Of a stretch of DNA of 64,000 nt, positions 37,450 through 48,177 are shown piece after piece. Numbering within the stretch: the first letter of the stretch is position 1; every line of letters starts with the position of its first letter. This DNA comes from an uncultured Trueperaceae bacterium. Its GTDB lineage: Bacteria > Deinococcota > Deinococci > Deinococcales > Trueperaceae. The notes under the pieces were generated by a model, which had not been told where the DNA came from, did no database searches, and saw only the letters and a program-made list of their open reading frames with translations. The translations under genes were made by a program, and so were the position numbers. Location: NCBI GenBank assembly GCA_963799485.1, contig CAWCXJ010000012.1, positions 1-64,000 on the forward strand. The letters are read 5' to 3'.

Positions 37450-37581
37450 CTAAACGCTGTGCGCCTGCCCCCTGTTCCCTCCACCGATTTCCTCGACCAC
37501 CTTGGCGCAAAACGCGGGCAGGTCGTCCGGGTTGCGGTTCGTAACCAAGCCCGGGTCGGTGACGGCATCTTCGTTTTTCCA
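37450..37581 (-). pseudogene. C-terminal fragment of a PfpI/DJ-1 type-1 glutamine amidotransferase-like protein
   Basis: WKNEDAVTDPGLVTNRNPDDLPAFCAKVVEEI* with no intact 5' part. Confidence 0.6.
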
Positions 37582-37616
37582 CAGTTTGAGCCCTGGTTAT
37601 GACTACTTCACCTGAC

Positions 37617-37711
37617 ACCACTAGTTCCTAAAACTACACAGCACGCGAGCGTCCCGCTGCGGACGTGCGCCCCGTAGACACGTACCACTAGTCACCAAAA
37701 TTACACAGCAC
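37617..37711. repeat. Pair of 28-nt imperfect direct repeats
   Basis: ACCACTAGTTCCTAAAACTACACAGCAC and ACCACTAGTCACCAAAATTACACAGCAC (24/28 identical), 39-nt spacer. Confidence 0.6.
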
Positions 37712-37780
37712 CCGCCGCAACACCGTGTGTGCCTATTCGTCTCCAGCAACGTAAAGCTTGGGCATTCCAAACCGCAACTT

Positions 37781-38650
37781 TTACGAGGATTCGAGCGACA
37801 CCCACACTGTTTTGTCCGCTTGTCCGCCTGTCTGAACCCGGCCTTCGCGACTCAGCTTCTCCAGATGGGCGAGCAGTGAACCCTCGCGCATGGGGGTCAG
37901 CGTGTCCGGTACCGTGGGGTAGATACGCTTGCTCAATTCTTGCAAGCTCAGCGGTTGGGTCAGCGCTGCTAAAATCTCCGCTTCGCGCGCCAGCCGGTGG
38001 TCGCGCACCTGCCCGAGCCTCGCTGCAGGGTCACGCACCAGCGGGCCGTGACCGGGGCCGAACACCGCGCCGCCGGCACGGGCCAGGAGCGTCCCGAGTT
38101 TCTCGAGCGACGCCAGATAGTCCGACACGTCGCCCTCCGGCAGGCCGACCCAGGTCGAACCCTGCGCCGTCAACAGGTCACCGACGAAAACGCTCAGCGT
38201 GCTTGTCCCGGGCTCGGCAGTAGCGAAGCTCAGATGTCCGGGGCTGTGACCGGGGGTGTGGTGAACGCTTATGGTTTTGCGCCCTACCGGGAACGCGTCG
38301 CCGTCTGCCAAGCGTACCGTAGAAAAATCGAGGCGGGTTTGCTCGAGCGCGTGGACATAAACTTCCGCGCCGTAATGCTCGCTCAGCGCCGCCGCGCCCG
38401 CCGCATGGTCGGGGTGGGTGTGGGTGAGCAGAAGTGCGCTGAGCCGTAATATACCTAGAGCCGCCAAACTTGCCGTAAACGCCGCCAGCACGCCCGGGTC
38501 GTCCGAACCGGCGTCGATTAATACGGCTTCTTTGCCGCGCTGCACCAGGTAGCTGTTGGTGTGCTCAAAAGGTGGCAACGTCCGGCTCGGCAGGGCAAAA
38601 CGCCAGACACCCGTCCCTACGCGTTCGGGCTCGAGGTTTGGAGCAGGCAC
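37781..38650 (-). CDS. MBL-fold metallo-hydrolase with winged-helix tail
   Basis: THTHPDH, TPGHSPGH, VGD, PGHG. Confidence 0.88.
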   Translation of the reverse strand: MPAPNLEPERVGTGVWRFALPSRTLPPFEHTNSYLVQRGKEAVLIDAGSDDPGVLAAFTASLAALGILRLSALLLTHTHPDHAAGAAALSEHYGAEVYVHALEQTRLDFSTVRLADGDAFPVGRKTISVHHTPGHSPGHLSFATAEPGTSTLSVFVGDLLTAQGSTWVGLPEGDVSDYLASLEKLGTLLARAGGAVFGPGHGPLVRDPAARLGQVRDHRLAREAEILAALTQPLSLQELSKRIYPTVPDTLTPMREGSLLAHLEKLSREGRVQTGGQADKTVWVSLESS

Positions 38651-39618
38651 TAGCGACCGCGCAAATAGCTGAGGGCGTCTTGTAGGGGGCGACTCGAGGG
38701 TTCATCCGGGACGACGCCGCGCCCCTCCCAGGTAGGGCCGCGCAAGGGGGCCAGCACCCCGGTCGCAATCCACGCCTGTGAACCGTCGCGGAGGCAAAAG
38801 GGTAGTACCGCCTCGACGTTGCCGGCGCTCGTTTCACCAAAGACGCGCGCCCGCCCGGTACTTTGCAGCACACCTGCCAGACCTTCGGCGGCGCTGTTGA
38901 CGTTTTCATCGATAAGTACCGCGAGCGGCGCGTCGGTTTCGACCGCGCCGAGCGCCGGATAGGGGAGGGGCAGTGTCCAGCGCGTCAGCGTGCGCCACAA
39001 AAAGCCCCGGGTAAACACGCCCGCTGCGCTCATCATCTCGACGAGCCTGCCGCCGGGGTTGCCGCGCAAATCGAGGACGAACGCGCGCGCGCCCTTTGCC
39101 GACAGCTGCCGCACCGCCTCGCGGAGGTCGCCGGAGACACCGGTCGTGGCCAGGTCGGGGAGCGTCAGGACGCCGACAGCATAATCCGGGGTCGTCTCGA
39201 GCCGATAACGCACGCGTCCCAACCGCGCATCTTGTCCCGAAAAGCCGAATACGCCCAAACAGGGCAAGTCGCCGTACTGCTGCCGGACACGCTGCACTTT
39301 AGCAGGCGGTACAAAAACCGAGTGCTGGTCGCCGAGTTCGTCGTAAAGCCGCTCCAGAACGCGGTAAAACGCCCTGTCGCTCTTTGCGGCGACGGCTTCG
39401 GGCCGGTATTCGCGCTTTAGCGCCGCCCAGTCATTGCCCCCGTAATCTGTGTCCCAGTACCTTTCGGCGACGAGCTGCCAGGCGACGTCGAAGCGCGCAC
39501 CGTAGCTGCCAGGGCCGCTCGGCTGAACGGGTACAGCTTGAGCCGATACGGATTGACCATACAGATAGGCACCAGGGACAGATAAAACAACGACAAATAA
39601 AAAAAAGATACGGCGCAT
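38650..39618 (-). CDS. S41 family (tail-specific) peptidase
   Basis: LDLRGNPGG, SAAE, EGRGVVPD; signal peptide. Confidence 0.85.
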   Translation of the reverse strand: MRRIFFLFVVVLSVPGAYLYGQSVSAQAVPVQPSGPGSYGARFDVAWQLVAERYWDTDYGGNDWAALKREYRPEAVAAKSDRAFYRVLERLYDELGDQHSVFVPPAKVQRVRQQYGDLPCLGVFGFSGQDARLGRVRYRLETTPDYAVGVLTLPDLATTGVSGDLREAVRQLSAKGARAFVLDLRGNPGGRLVEMMSAAGVFTRGFLWRTLTRWTLPLPYPALGAVETDAPLAVLIDENVNSAAEGLAGVLQSTGRARVFGETSAGNVEAVLPFCLRDGSQAWIATGVLAPLRGPTWEGRGVVPDEPSSRPLQDALSYLRGR

Positions 39619-39738
39619 AAGACAGTGTACGCGCTGCCGGTTTGCCGTATCGGTAACTATACTGTGAGCCGCTTACTACCCTAGAAGCCGACTATTCTAA
39701 AACCGACTATTCTAGAGGTCAACGTCTCGACCGGTTGG

Positions 39739-40686
39739 TCAGGCGCGGCTGGCGTTTAGCATCGCCTTGGCGTGCCGGTAGAGCATGGGCGCGTCGATGA
39801 CGCAGCTTTGCGCGCCGATAGCGGTGACGTTGAGGGCTCCGGCGACGTTGCCGAGGCGCGCGGCGTAGTGCAGGTCGTAGCCTTCCATTACGCCGTGGGC
39901 AAAAGCGGCGGTGTAGTAGTCGCCGGCTCCGGTAGACTCCAAAACCCCGTCGATTTCAAACGCCTCGATCAGTTCGGTAAGCTCGGGGGTGATAATCATC
40001 GAACCCATCTCGCCGAGCTTGACCAGTACGCGTTTGATGCCGTGCTCGGCGAGCCCGGCGACAGCGGTTGAAATCGAGCTTTCGCCGGTCAGGGCGTAGA
40101 GTTCGCGGCGGTTCATCAAGAGATAATCCACGTTGCTGACGAGCGCCAACAGCCGTTCGCGGAGTGCGTCGGCAGCGCCTGAACCCATATCGATAAAAGT
40201 CGTGAGGCGAGCACGGCGCGCGGCCTCGAGCGCCCGCACCGCGTACTCGCGTTGTGGCCCGCCGACGAGGCTGTACGCGCTGACGACGAGTGCGTCACAA
40301 GCGGCAATGCGCTCGGCGCGGAAGTCGGTCGCGTCCAGGTTACGGCTCGCGCCGCCGCCGGAAATCATCGTGCGCTGGGTATCGGGGGTAATCAGCAGCG
40401 TAACGTTGCTCGTTTGCAACACCAGGTCGGTTTGCACGAGCTTGGTATCGACGCCGGCTTTTTTAACGTGTTTAAGCGCGAGTTCGGCGAACGGCCCCTC
40501 ACCGACGCGGGCAGCTAGCACGACCTCGTTGCCGAGCCGGGCGAGCGCCGCAGCCACCGTACCACCTGCACCACCGGGCTCGAGCACGGCGCGGCTCGCC
40601 GCAACTTCTCCCCCTACGTCGGGCAGGTCGTTGACAAAATACATCTGGTCAACGGTAACGTCGCCTACCACAAAAAACTTAGTCAT
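39739..40686 (-). CDS. PfkB family carbohydrate kinase
   Basis: PGGAG..VAAALARLG, VKLGEMG, STGAGD. Confidence 0.88.
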   Translation of the reverse strand: MTKFFVVGDVTVDQMYFVNDLPDVGGEVAASRAVLEPGGAGGTVAAALARLGNEVVLAARVGEGPFAELALKHVKKAGVDTKLVQTDLVLQTSNVTLLITPDTQRTMISGGGASRNLDATDFRAERIAACDALVVSAYSLVGGPQREYAVRALEAARRARLTTFIDMGSGAADALRERLLALVSNVDYLLMNRRELYALTGESSISTAVAGLAEHGIKRVLVKLGEMGSMIITPELTELIEAFEIDGVLESTGAGDYYTAAFAHGVMEGYDLHYAARLGNVAGALNVTAIGAQSCVIDAPMLYRHAKAMLNASRA

Positions 40687-40938
40687 TTAACTCCATACAA
40701 AGGGGTGGCGCACCAACGACGTGCGCGACCAGCGGGGTTTGGCACAGATGTAAAGCACACCTGTGTGGTTGATCTTTAACGCTAGCGGGCAGTATAGCTC
40801 ATTTTTCGTTTTCTGCCTACCGTTCCTGCCTACTATGGGTCTGCCCTGCGGCTTAAACTCAACCAGTTATAACACGCGTTTTCGCGTGTGTCATGCATTA
40901 TGTAAACGCCAGGCAAAAATTATAGCTCGACAAAAGCG

Positions 40939-41754
40939 CTACTGCAAAGCTTTTTGCAAAACGTAAAATGTTTCTAGGTCAAGCGCCTCAGCGCGGACGC
41001 GGGTGTCGAGAGACATATGTCCTAGTGCTGCTGTGACCTGCGCCGCCGGATAACCTGCCATCAGCAAGTTCTTTTTAAGCGTTTTACGGCGGTGTGCGAA
41101 CGCCTGATGGACGAGCCGAAAGAGCGCCGGGTCGGGTTTTGCTCCCGGCCTGACGTCTAGCCGGACGACGCTGCTCGTGACCGTCGGGGGCGGCGCGAAC
41201 GAACTCGGTTTTACGTCACGGACGCGGTTTGCACTGCCGAAATGCGCGACGATAAGGCTGAGCGCGCCGTAAGCGGGGGTACTCGGCGGCGCGGTAAGGC
41301 GCTGCGCGACCTCTTTTTGGACCAGAAACACGAGCCGCTTAAAACGCCCGGACTCGAGTACCCTTACTAAAATCGGGGTGCCGACGTTGTAGGGCAAGTT
41401 GGCGGCGAATACACTCTTTTCCGGCAAGCTCGACAAGTCGAAGGTGAGTCCGTCGCCGTGAATCAGTTCGACATTCTCCAAACCCGCCAGTGTTTCGCCG
41501 AGTACCGGCAAGAGCCGCCCGTCGAGTTCGATACCGACGACCCGGCCCGCCTTTGCTGCGAGTTCACGTGTCAGCACGCCTAAACCGGGGCCGATTTCCA
41601 GTGCGGTGTCGTCCCTAGTTATTTCGGCTGCGCCGACGATGGCTGAAAGCGCAGCGGCGTCAACGAGAAAGTTTTGTCCAAAACCTTTATCGGCGCGGAG
41701 CCCGTAACGCGTCAACAAGTCGCGGACGCGGCGCGGGCTGGTCAGCGGCAACAT
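40939..41754 (-). CDS. rsmA: 16S rRNA m6,2A dimethyltransferase
   Basis: FGQNFL, EIGPGLG, ANLPYN, RRKTL. Confidence 0.95.
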   Translation of the reverse strand: MLPLTSPRRVRDLLTRYGLRADKGFGQNFLVDAAALSAIVGAAEITRDDTALEIGPGLGVLTRELAAKAGRVVGIELDGRLLPVLGETLAGLENVELIHGDGLTFDLSSLPEKSVFAANLPYNVGTPILVRVLESGRFKRLVFLVQKEVAQRLTAPPSTPAYGALSLIVAHFGSANRVRDVKPSSFAPPPTVTSSVVRLDVRPGAKPDPALFRLVHQAFAHRRKTLKKNLLMAGYPAAQVTAALGHMSLDTRVRAEALDLETFYVLQKALQ

Positions 41755-41792
41755 TGCTAAATCCGTCTCTATTTTTTCGGGTTTGTTCGTGC

Positions 41793-42293
41793 TCAGGCGT
41801 TCGCCTCGAGGTGCGCCGCGAGCTTTTCACTAATCTGCGCTTGTGCGCCCGCGAGGCTCAGGTTTTGCACTACTGCAAGTTCACTCGCCAGCGACATCTT
41901 GGCGGCTTCTAAAATCTCGCGTTCGGTTGCAGCGAGGCCTTTCTCGAGGTCGCGCTCGGCCAGCGTACCGATCAGCTGCGCCAACGCAAAGGCGTCTCCG
42001 GCGGCTAAAGTGTCTTGTTCGGCGCGGTAGCGCGGGGGCCACTGCGCGGGTAGCTCGAGGTCGCCGCCCAACATCGCCGCCCAGACCGCTGCCAGGTCGC
42101 TCTCTAAAATGGTGTGGCGCAAACCGACCTCTTGACCTTTTTTGAGCGGCACCAACACGTCCATATCGCCCCGGACAAAACTGATTTTGAGATATTCGTG
42201 CGTTTCGCCGAGGATGACCCGCGTCGCAATCTCATCGACCCGGCCCGCCCCCTGCGAGGGATACACCACACTGTCGCCAACTTTGAACGTCAC
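41793..42293 (-). CDS. carD: CarD family transcriptional regulator
   Basis: FKVGDSVVYPSQGAGRV; GTG start chosen. Confidence 0.85.
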   Translation of the reverse strand: MTFKVGDSVVYPSQGAGRVDEIATRVILGETHEYLKISFVRGDMDVLVPLKKGQEVGLRHTILESDLAAVWAAMLGGDLELPAQWPPRYRAEQDTLAAGDAFALAQLIGTLAERDLEKGLAATEREILEAAKMSLASELAVVQNLSLAGAQAQISEKLAAHLEANA

Positions 42294-42339
42294 GCAGTCC
42301 TCCGAAGGGCAGCCTACCATAGCCCCCGGAACAGATGAC

Positions 42340-42942
42340 TTACATTGCGCCTTCGCCCTGATAGGCCAGAAACGCCAGGGTGCAGCGCCTTTCGCCCTCT
42401 TCGGCTTTGACCTCACCGATAATGGTATTGACAGCTCGATAGATTTTTTGAAATTGCTCAGCGCTTAACGTGGGCGTGGAGATAGACACCCAGGTTCCGT
42501 ATTTAGGCGGTTTAGAAGAGCCGATAGCGAAGGTTTCCTCGAGGTCGAACTCCACCGGGCCGTTCTCGAACAAATCGGCTTCAGCGCTGGTCTCTGCCTC
42601 AATGCTTTTTAGAAAATTGCGGTGGAGTTTACTCAGCATTCCGTCAAGCATCGCAGGTACGGCTTCGCCAACGGCAGGTTGCAATTCTGGAGAGAGCGAA
42701 AATCTTTCCGCGACAGTCTGGTACGTGCGTGAGCGGGTGCTGTCGTCAATAGTTTCTAAAAGCCCTGCTTCGTGTAGTCGTTTGACGCGGTAGTGCAGCA
42801 CATTTGCCGGAACCTGCAAGCGCCGCGCCACTTCGCTCGGGGTGAGGGGTTCTTTGAACAGATAGAGGGCAGCGTAGTAGGGGAGATTGAAGAGGAGCTC
42901 CAACTGTTCAGCATTTAGTGGGTAGGCATCTGTTTTTGTCAT
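42340..42942 (-). CDS. Winged-HTH (ArsR-like) regulator
   Basis: TPSEVARRLQV..LHYRVKRLHEAGLL. Confidence 0.7.
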   Translation of the reverse strand: MTKTDAYPLNAEQLELLFNLPYYAALYLFKEPLTPSEVARRLQVPANVLHYRVKRLHEAGLLETIDDSTRSRTYQTVAERFSLSPELQPAVGEAVPAMLDGMLSKLHRNFLKSIEAETSAEADLFENGPVEFDLEETFAIGSSKPPKYGTWVSISTPTLSAEQFQKIYRAVNTIIGEVKAEEGERRCTLAFLAYQGEGAM

Positions 42943-43054
42943 GACGCCAGTGTGACGGGTGTGGGTTTCAGATGCTAGCGGGGGATTTGAAGCGTTCAGC
43001 GTAGCGTTGCAGACATTTTACCGCTTTGGGTATACTTGCAAGTTCGGAGGATTT

Positions 43055-43498
43055 ATGGACGAGACCGAGGTCAGCCGCACAATCATCAAGTCATTCAAAA
43101 ACGTTGAAACCACCGAAGCTTCCCGCAACACTTTCTTTTTTTACGACTCCGAGCGTCATTTTCCTTTTGCGACACTTGTCGTCAACGACGTAAACGATAC
43201 CGCTTCGGATTTAGAGCGCCCCGGCGTCTTCCGGCTCAATATCGGCGTCAAACGGGCGACGTATCAGAAGCTGTTCGGCCCTCAGCCCACCTTCGCTAAG
43301 GACGGCGGAATTATTGATACGGGCTACGATTACACTGCGCTAGATAAGCTTATGCCGCATCCGGTTTACGCGCCGATGTCGTGGGTGTGTATCGTTAGCC
43401 CGAGTACGGAGACGTTTGACGAGGTTGTGTTGCCGCTGTTGCGAGAAGCCTACGAGCAAGATGTGGAGAAACACACTAAGCGAGAGGCTCGAGCCTAG
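43055..43498 (+). CDS. Conserved hypothetical protein (DUF6194-like)
   Basis: [42 protein letters not shown]. Confidence 0.7.
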   Translation: MDETEVSRTIIKSFKNVETTEASRNTFFFYDSERHFPFATLVVNDVNDTASDLERPGVFRLNIGVKRATYQKLFGPQPTFAKDGGIIDTGYDYTALDKLMPHPVYAPMSWVCIVSPSTETFDEVVLPLLREAYEQDVEKHTKREARA

Positions 43499-45534
43499 CG
43501 CCGCGCCCGCGCCTTCGGACGCTTCGGCTCTTTCCCCGGCACACTCACCAACTGCACCTCTTTACCCTGCAGCTTCGCCTCGACCTCACGGATCCGGTCA
43601 CGCACCGCCGCCGCCCGCTCAAAGTCCAGATCTTCGGAGGCTTTCCACATTTCGGTCTCGAGCGACGCCAGCTCCTGCTTCATATCGTCTTGCGCCAGCT
43701 CGCGCTCCCAGGGCGAGAGTTTTTCGATGGCTTCAGCGCCCTCTTCTTCACCGCGAATCACGTCGCGGATGCGTTTGCGTATGGTTTCGGGGGTGATGCC
43801 ATGCTCGAGGTTATACGCCAATTGCTTGTCCCGGCGGCGCTCGGTCTCGCCGATGGCGCTGTTCATCGCGTCCGAATACACGTCGGCGTAGAGAAACACC
43901 TCACCGCTGACGTTACGCGCGGCGCGGCCTATCGTCTGAATAAGCGAGCGTCCACTCCGTAAAAACCCGGTCTTGTCGGCGTCCAAGATGGCGACCAACG
44001 AGACTTCGGGCAGGTCGAGACCTTCACGCAGCAGGTTGATGCCGATAAGCGCGTCGAAGTGTCCGAGCCGTAAATCGCGGATAATCACCTGACGCTCGAT
44101 GGTGTCGATGTCCGAGTGCATATACCGCGCCCGTAAACCCTGCTGCGCGAAGTATTCGGCCAAGTCTTCGGACATCCGTTTGGTCAGGGTCGTGACCAGC
44201 ACACGTTCATCGCGTTTGGCGCGTTCTTTAATCGCAAAGACCAAATCGTCGATTTGCCCGCGTGAGGGTTTTACGGTAATCGCGGGGTCAACCAGACCGG
44301 TCGGGCGGATAATCTGTTCGGCAATCTTGTCCGAGTGCTCATATTCCCAGGCGGCGGGCGTCGCCGAGACGAAAATGGTCTGACCGACACGCTGCAAAAA
44401 CTCGTCTTCTTTAAGCGGGCGGTTATCCAAAGCTGCTGGGAGCCGGAAACCGTAATCGACCAACGTCTGTTTACGGGCGCGGTCGCCGTTAAACATGCCG
44501 CGCACCTGCGGCAGCATCACGTGCGACTCGTCCAAGAAGGTGATGAACTCGTCGGGAAAATAGTCTAAAAGCGTGTTCGGCGCAGCGCCGGGGGGCCGCC
44601 CGTCCAAATAACGCGAATAGTTTTCGATGCCGTTACAGTAGCCCAAAGTTTTCATCATCTCGAGGTCGTACATGGTGCGTTCTTTTAGCCGCTGTTTCTC
44701 GAGTAGTTTGCCGGAACGCTCAAAGAAGTCGAGTCGCTCTGCCAAATCGTGTTCGATCTGCCGGATGGCGGGCTCGAGCTGTTCAAAGGGCGTCACGTAA
44801 TGCTTTGCGGGGAAGACGGTCGTCGTTTCCAGCTCAGCAAGTTCGTTCCCTGTCACCGGATCGACCATCACCAAGCGGTCGATTTCGTCGCCGAAGAGTT
44901 CAATCCGCAGGGGCGCTTCGTCGTAGGCGGCCCAGACTTCGATCACGTCGCCTTTGACCCGGAACCGTCCGGCGGCGAGTTCGACGTCGTTGCGTTCGTA
45001 CTGCTGAACGACCAAACGGTCTAAAATCTCTTCACGCGAGCGCTTCATCCCGACATGCACGATCATATTGAGCTGCTGATAGGTGTCGGGCGAGCCTAAA
45101 CCGTAAATCGCCGACACCGACGCCACCACAATCGTGTCGGGGCGCGTCAGCAGGTTGCGCGTGGTCGAGTGCCGTAAACGCTCGAGTTCTTGGTTGATGT
45201 TCGCATCTTTTTCGATAAATAGGTCTCTTGCCGGAACATACGCTTCGGGCTGATAATAATCGTAGTACGAGATAAAAAACTCGACGGCGGCTCCCGGAAA
45301 AAAGTCCCGGAACTCGGACGCGAGCTGCGCGGTCAAGATTTTGTTCGGTGCGAGGATCAAGGCGGGGCGCTGCGTTTGTTCGATAATCTTCGCCATCGTA
45401 AAGGTCTTGCCGGTGCCGGTCGCGCCTAAAAGCGTCTGATACCGCAAGCCGTCGCCTAAACCTTCGACCAAACCTTCGATAGCCCCAGGCTGGTCGCCTT
45501 GGGGCGTAAACGGGGATTCGACAGTCAGCGCCAT
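43495..45534 (-). CDS. uvrB: Excinuclease ABC subunit B
   Basis: [41 protein letters not shown] domain. Confidence 0.98.
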   Translation of the reverse strand: MALTVESPFTPQGDQPGAIEGLVEGLGDGLRYQTLLGATGTGKTFTMAKIIEQTQRPALILAPNKILTAQLASEFRDFFPGAAVEFFISYYDYYQPEAYVPARDLFIEKDANINQELERLRHSTTRNLLTRPDTIVVASVSAIYGLGSPDTYQQLNMIVHVGMKRSREEILDRLVVQQYERNDVELAAGRFRVKGDVIEVWAAYDEAPLRIELFGDEIDRLVMVDPVTGNELAELETTTVFPAKHYVTPFEQLEPAIRQIEHDLAERLDFFERSGKLLEKQRLKERTMYDLEMMKTLGYCNGIENYSRYLDGRPPGAAPNTLLDYFPDEFITFLDESHVMLPQVRGMFNGDRARKQTLVDYGFRLPAALDNRPLKEDEFLQRVGQTIFVSATPAAWEYEHSDKIAEQIIRPTGLVDPAITVKPSRGQIDDLVFAIKERAKRDERVLVTTLTKRMSEDLAEYFAQQGLRARYMHSDIDTIERQVIIRDLRLGHFDALIGINLLREGLDLPEVSLVAILDADKTGFLRSGRSLIQTIGRAARNVSGEVFLYADVYSDAMNSAIGETERRRDKQLAYNLEHGITPETIRKRIRDVIRGEEEGAEAIEKLSPWERELAQDDMKQELASLETEMWKASEDLDFERAAAVRDRIREVEAKLQGKEVQLVSVPGKEPKRPKARARR

Positions 45535-45545
45535 AGACTCCTATT

Positions 45546-45562
45546 CTACGTTCTGAACGCAA
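45546..45562 (-). promoter_or_regulatory. RDRM (DdrO operator) upstream of uvrB
   Basis: Minus strand TTGCGTTCAGAACGTAG, 17 bp, fits TTRYG-N7-CRTAR and overlaps the -10 box TAGAAT. Confidence 0.75.
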
Positions 45563-45596
45563 AAAGAGATGTCGGGCAATCTCTCCTGCCCGACAT
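45561..45596 (-). terminator. Intrinsic terminator
   Basis: ATGTCGGGCA-loop-TGCCCGACAT followed by CTCTTTTT on the minus strand. Confidence 0.75.
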
Positions 45597-45609
45597 GAGG
45601 TTTCTGGTT

Positions 45610-45855
45610 TTAGCCCTCGTCCGAACTTTTCTGGTCTTCCTGACCACGCCCGGTTTTGGCCTGTAACGTCTCGATCAGCTCCGACGCCTGCGCTTTATTA
45701 AGCCCTTCCGGGACTTCTTCACCCGCGTTTTCTGCCAGCGTGTGCAGGTACGAAAGCTGCGCGCCGGTCGCAGGTTCATTGCCCGTGACCCACTCGCTCG
45801 GGTCTTTGACGGCGTTGTCTTCGGGGTCGTTTTGGAGTTTGGGGTTATCGCTCAT
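45610..45855 (-). CDS. DUF3072-like small protein
   Basis: KDPSEWVTGNEPATGAQLSYLHTL..LNKAQASELI. Confidence 0.75.
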   Translation of the reverse strand: MSDNPKLQNDPEDNAVKDPSEWVTGNEPATGAQLSYLHTLAENAGEEVPEGLNKAQASELIETLQAKTGRGQEDQKSSDEG

Positions 45856-45999
45856 AACGAGACGATACCTAAATAAATAAGGTAAATGTGTAGTCCGGTT
45901 TGCAGTCTGGTTTCGGTTCCCGAAAGCTTGCATTTCCAGGTGAGTTCGGTTACACTCCAGATACCTCAATATTTAAGGTATCTTGAAGAGGAGTTCGTT

Positions 46000-46359
46000 A
46001 TGGCAGCGCATGAAAAGTTCAACTACGCCGAGTATCCAGCCAAGGATTTAGCCGCGACCAAAGCGTTCTTTGAAGCCGCGTTCGGTTGGTCGTTTACCGA
46101 CTACGGCCCCGACTACACCGCTTTTTCGGATGAGGGTCTCGACGGTGGTTTTTTCAAATCCGAGCTGGTTGCGCGTGTAGACACCGGCAGTGCACTCCTT
46201 GTCTTTTACAGTGAGCGCCTCGAGCAAACCCTTGCTAAAGTCACCGCTGCCGGGGGCCGGATCGTCAGGCCGATCTATACGTTTCCCGGCGGCAGGCGCT
46301 TTCACTTTACCGAGCCGAGCGGCAACGAGTTTGCGGTGTGGGCGGAACCTGAAGCCTAG
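46000..46359 (+). CDS. VOC/glyoxalase family protein
   Basis: NYAEYP..FFEAAFGWSFTDYGPDY, FPGGRRFHFTEPSGNEFAVW. Confidence 0.88.
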   Translation: MAAHEKFNYAEYPAKDLAATKAFFEAAFGWSFTDYGPDYTAFSDEGLDGGFFKSELVARVDTGSALLVFYSERLEQTLAKVTAAGGRIVRPIYTFPGGRRFHFTEPSGNEFAVWAEPEA

Positions 46360-46539
46360 CGGTTGATGTACTCAACCTGAAGCCTCGAGCCCTCACCGTA
46401 AAAGTCGCCGTAAAAAACGGTTTTTACGGTGCCTGAAGGGGAGAACGATGGTTGTCCGTGACTACAGCGAACCGCGGCGGCAAGGTCTCGATGTCAACTA
46501 CCCACGGCTGAAGCCGGGGGTCGCCGTTTTGGTACTTCG

Positions 46540-46750
46540 GTGAACTTATTTCATCTGCAAACGTGACGAGTTCCGGGGCCGGGTCTCGCCCTGTCTTTAC
46601 CCGCCAAGTTGATGACGTAGACGCCGTGTGCGCGGAGCTAGACAAACGTTGGCGTGAAGCTGTTGAACGGCCCGGTGGACAGACCTTGGGGGATACGAAC
46701 TGCCAGCTTTAGAGACCCCGGCGGTCACATCTGGGAGATTGCCAAATAGT
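46540..46750 (+). pseudogene. VOC family 3' remnant
   Basis: VDDVDAVCAEL, frameshift, then GVKLLNGPVDRPWGIRTASFRDPGGHIWEIAK*. Confidence 0.7.
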
Positions 46751-46913
46751 TGCTGGCCCAAGCTTTATAGCTGAAGTTGTCTTGCTGGTTTCCGGCAGGC
46801 AGCCGACGAACAAGGCCGAGTTCGCGGCGGGTTTTACGGCGCGCGAGTCCGAAGGCGTCACGCACCTCAAGTTTCGTATCATCAAGTATTGTCATCAAGT
46901 AAAGGAGCTGACC

Positions 46914-47777
46914 ATGCAAAAAATCGTCCCGTTCTTGTGGTTTAACGACCAAGCCGAAGAAGCTGCCGAGTTTTACGCTTCTGTATTCAAAAACGCCGAA
47001 GTCACGAGTACGGCGCGTTACGGCGACACGCACCCTGAACGCAGCGGCAGCGTGATGACCGTAAACTTTACGCTCGAGCAGCAAGATTTCATCGCTCTCA
47101 ACGGTGGCCCGGAGTTTACGTTTACGCCTGCAATCTCGTTTTTCGTGACGCTCGAGACCGGAGCCGAAGCGGACGTACTCTGGGAGAAACTTGCCGAAGG
47201 CGGCACCGTCCTGATGCCCTTTCAGGCCTACGACTGGAGCGAAAAGTACGGCTGGCTGAATGACCGTTACGGCGTGTCGTGGCAAATCGGGGTTGGGGAC
47301 AGCGGCGCAGAACCTATCACGCCGTATCTGCTGTTTGTCGGCGAACAGTGTGGCAAAGCCGAGGAAGCTGCACAGTTTTACAGCGCACTCTTTGGTTCAC
47401 ACACAAACGCTCCAAAAGACCTCGAGACGGACAATCTAGTGCCCATTCGGTTTACCCTTGCCGGTCAGACCTTTATGGCGCTGGACAGCGACGAAAAGCA
47501 CAACTTCGGCTTTACCGAAGCCGTTTCGCTGTTTGTCAATTGTCAGACGCAGGCCGAAGTAGACGCGCTGTGGGACAAACTTACCGAAAACGGCGAGGAG
47601 AGTCAGTGCGGCTGGCTTAAAGATAAATACGGCGTGTCGTGGCAGATTGTCCCAACCGCGGCGCTCAAGCTCATGGCCGACCCCGACCGTGAGAAGGCAG
47701 CTCGCGTCACCCAAGTACTGATGGGGATGAAAAAAATTGACGGCGACGTTTTACGGCGTGCCTACGAGCAGAGGTAG
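46914..47777 (+). CDS. PhnB-like VOC protein with tandem domains
   Basis: MQKIVPFLWF..AEEAAEFY, ALNGGP, and W(L)xD(K/R)YGVSWQI twice. Confidence 0.88.
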   Translation: MQKIVPFLWFNDQAEEAAEFYASVFKNAEVTSTARYGDTHPERSGSVMTVNFTLEQQDFIALNGGPEFTFTPAISFFVTLETGAEADVLWEKLAEGGTVLMPFQAYDWSEKYGWLNDRYGVSWQIGVGDSGAEPITPYLLFVGEQCGKAEEAAQFYSALFGSHTNAPKDLETDNLVPIRFTLAGQTFMALDSDEKHNFGFTEAVSLFVNCQTQAEVDALWDKLTENGEESQCGWLKDKYGVSWQIVPTAALKLMADPDREKAARVTQVLMGMKKIDGDVLRRAYEQR

Positions 47778-47799
47778 TCTTACGGAGCCGGATCAAACG

Positions 47800-48148
47800 C
47801 CCCGGACGGTAGCCGCCTACATCAGCGGTTTTCCAGATGAGGTTCAGGAGGTTTTACGGTAGGTACGCGCGACCATTCGAGAAGCCGCCCCGGACGCCGA
47901 AGAGACGATCAGCTACCAAATACCGGCGGTTAAGCTCAGCGGCTTGCCGCTCGTTTACGTCGCCGCGTCCAAAAAGCACCTCGGGCTTTACCCATGACGA
48001 GCAAGGCGACGGGGGCAACCCGGACGCCGATATGGTCCGCGCCAGCACGATCAAACTGCTCGAGCGGGAGCCTGTTGGACCGGTGATTTTCGGTCATGAC
48101 AAAGCGCAGTGGGAAACACTCAAAAAAGCACCGGAGTTTTACGAGTAG
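47800..48148 (+). pseudogene. Chimeric remnant: DUF1801/YdhG-like fragment joined to an MBL/lactonase-like C-terminus
   Basis: IREAAPDAEETISYQIP..KKHLGLYP, then ASTIKLL..VIFGHDKAQWETLKKAPEFYE*. Confidence 0.6.
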
Positions 48149-48177
48149 CGCAGCATTCAAAAGGAAAGGAAGTAGGT

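Noticed and set aside
37617..37711. CRISPR array
   Set aside because: Only two imperfect repeats, with no cas genes or leader evidence.
39689..39716. Tandem CCGACTATTCTA repeat
   Set aside because: Two short copies in an intergenic gap, likely a slippage duplication.
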